NCBI GenBank assembly: GCA_965530755.1
Contig: CBESNA010000001.1
Coordinates: 4,739 to 68,738 of the forward strand
Source: an uncultured Acidimicrobiia bacterium
Lineage (GTDB): Bacteria; Actinomycetota; Acidimicrobiia; Acidimicrobiales; SZUA-35
Length of the DNA: 64,000 nucleotides
Direction: 5' to 3'
The notes beneath the pieces were generated by a model. It saw only the letters and a list, made by a program, of their open reading frames with translations. It ran no database searches and had not been told where the DNA came from. The stretch's first letter is position 1. Every line of letters begins with the position of its first letter. Below are positions 63,516 through 64,000 of the stretch, in pieces. Both the position numbers and the translations under genes were made by a program.

Positions 63516-63935
63516 TCAGACGCGCGGCATGAGCAACAACCACAGCGGCGCTGCGAAGAGGTAACTATCGAGGCGGCGAAGCGCCGGCGCCCACACGGCG
63601 CCGCGAGGCAACACCGCGGACGCAGCGATCTGGCCGAGCGGCGCGGCCACCGCCGTGAGCAGCGCGAACAGCGGGAAGCTGTTCGTGTCGAACGGCGCCG
63701 GCAGCACGAGATAGATGGCGGCGGCGGCGACGGCGAGGGCAACGATTCCGGCCACGGGACCCTCGACTGCGTTCGCCGACCCCGTCCCGATCACAAAGTC
63801 ACCGACCTCGTAGGCGGAGACCATGACCACGATGGCCACGAAGCCGCCGAAGTCGAGTCGCTCGATGGCCACGATGGAACCGGCTGCGACACCGGCGGGC
63901 AGCGCCGATCGAATCAGGAGTTCACCGCGGTGCAA
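63516..63935 (-). CDS. Hydrophobic membrane protein, function unknown
   Basis: 139 aa from a TTG start, about 4 hydrophobic segments, no family recognised. Upstream of the RsiG-like gene on the same strand. Confidence 0.45.
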   Translation of the reverse strand: MHRGELLIRSALPAGVAAGSIVAIERLDFGGFVAIVVMVSAYEVGDFVIGTGSANAVEGPVAGIVALAVAAAAIYLVLPAPFDTNSFPLFALLTAVAAPLGQIAASAVLPRGAVWAPALRRLDSYLFAAPLWLLLMPRV

Positions 63936-64000
63936 CAGCGCCTCCGAGTGCGGGACGGGACGACCCCGGGGACCGAGGACCGGCTCGTTCGAGGGCAGCC

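Overview
GC-rich actinobacterial chromosome segment, almost entirely coding, with about 60 genes mostly on the minus strand. The lineage call rests on mycothiol mshA, rex-hemACDBL, and mshA/ybjN-like/proC/hem synteny. The split b6-type cytochrome b suggests a deep-branching class such as Acidimicrobiia; this is inference only.

Gene content, left to right:
- amino-acid ABC binding protein and permease
- acs, two methyltransferases (one MidA/NDUFAF7-like) and a TetR regulator
- a GAF-GGDEF diguanylate cyclase
- an 11-gene nuoABCDHIJKLMN cluster lacking nuoEFG, preceded by SDR-glgB
- VOC protein, dusB, and a ynfA/merR pair flanked by inverted 64-nt elements
- a complete 14-gene nuoA-N cluster lying directly downstream of an unusual Rieske/cytochrome b6-type module (orphan membrane protein, 2x[4Fe-4S] ferredoxin, cytochrome b6, subunit IV, Rieske, di-haem cytochrome c, second orphan membrane protein)
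- a divergent mono-haem cytochrome c and a secreted HExxH/FN3/DUF4214 protein
- hemL-hemB-hemD-hemC-hemA-rex
- a tightly coupled proC / SAM-hydrolase-like / 52-aa membrane peptide / truncated adenylate-forming-like module
- ybjN-like, mshA, and an XRE regulator coupled to an RsiG-like protein carrying c-di-GMP-binding motifs

No rRNA, tRNA, CRISPR array or recognisable mobile element was found.

Most interesting observations:
1. A candidate 21-gene Rex-controlled respiratory super-operon that links a non-canonical b6c-type complex to complex I.
2. An EFG-less second complex I whose intercistronic junctions are built from tandem repeats.
3. An RsiG-like/XRE pair that may be a c-di-GMP switch acting on an HTH regulator rather than a sigma factor.

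All family assignments come from motif recognition by eye. No database search was run.
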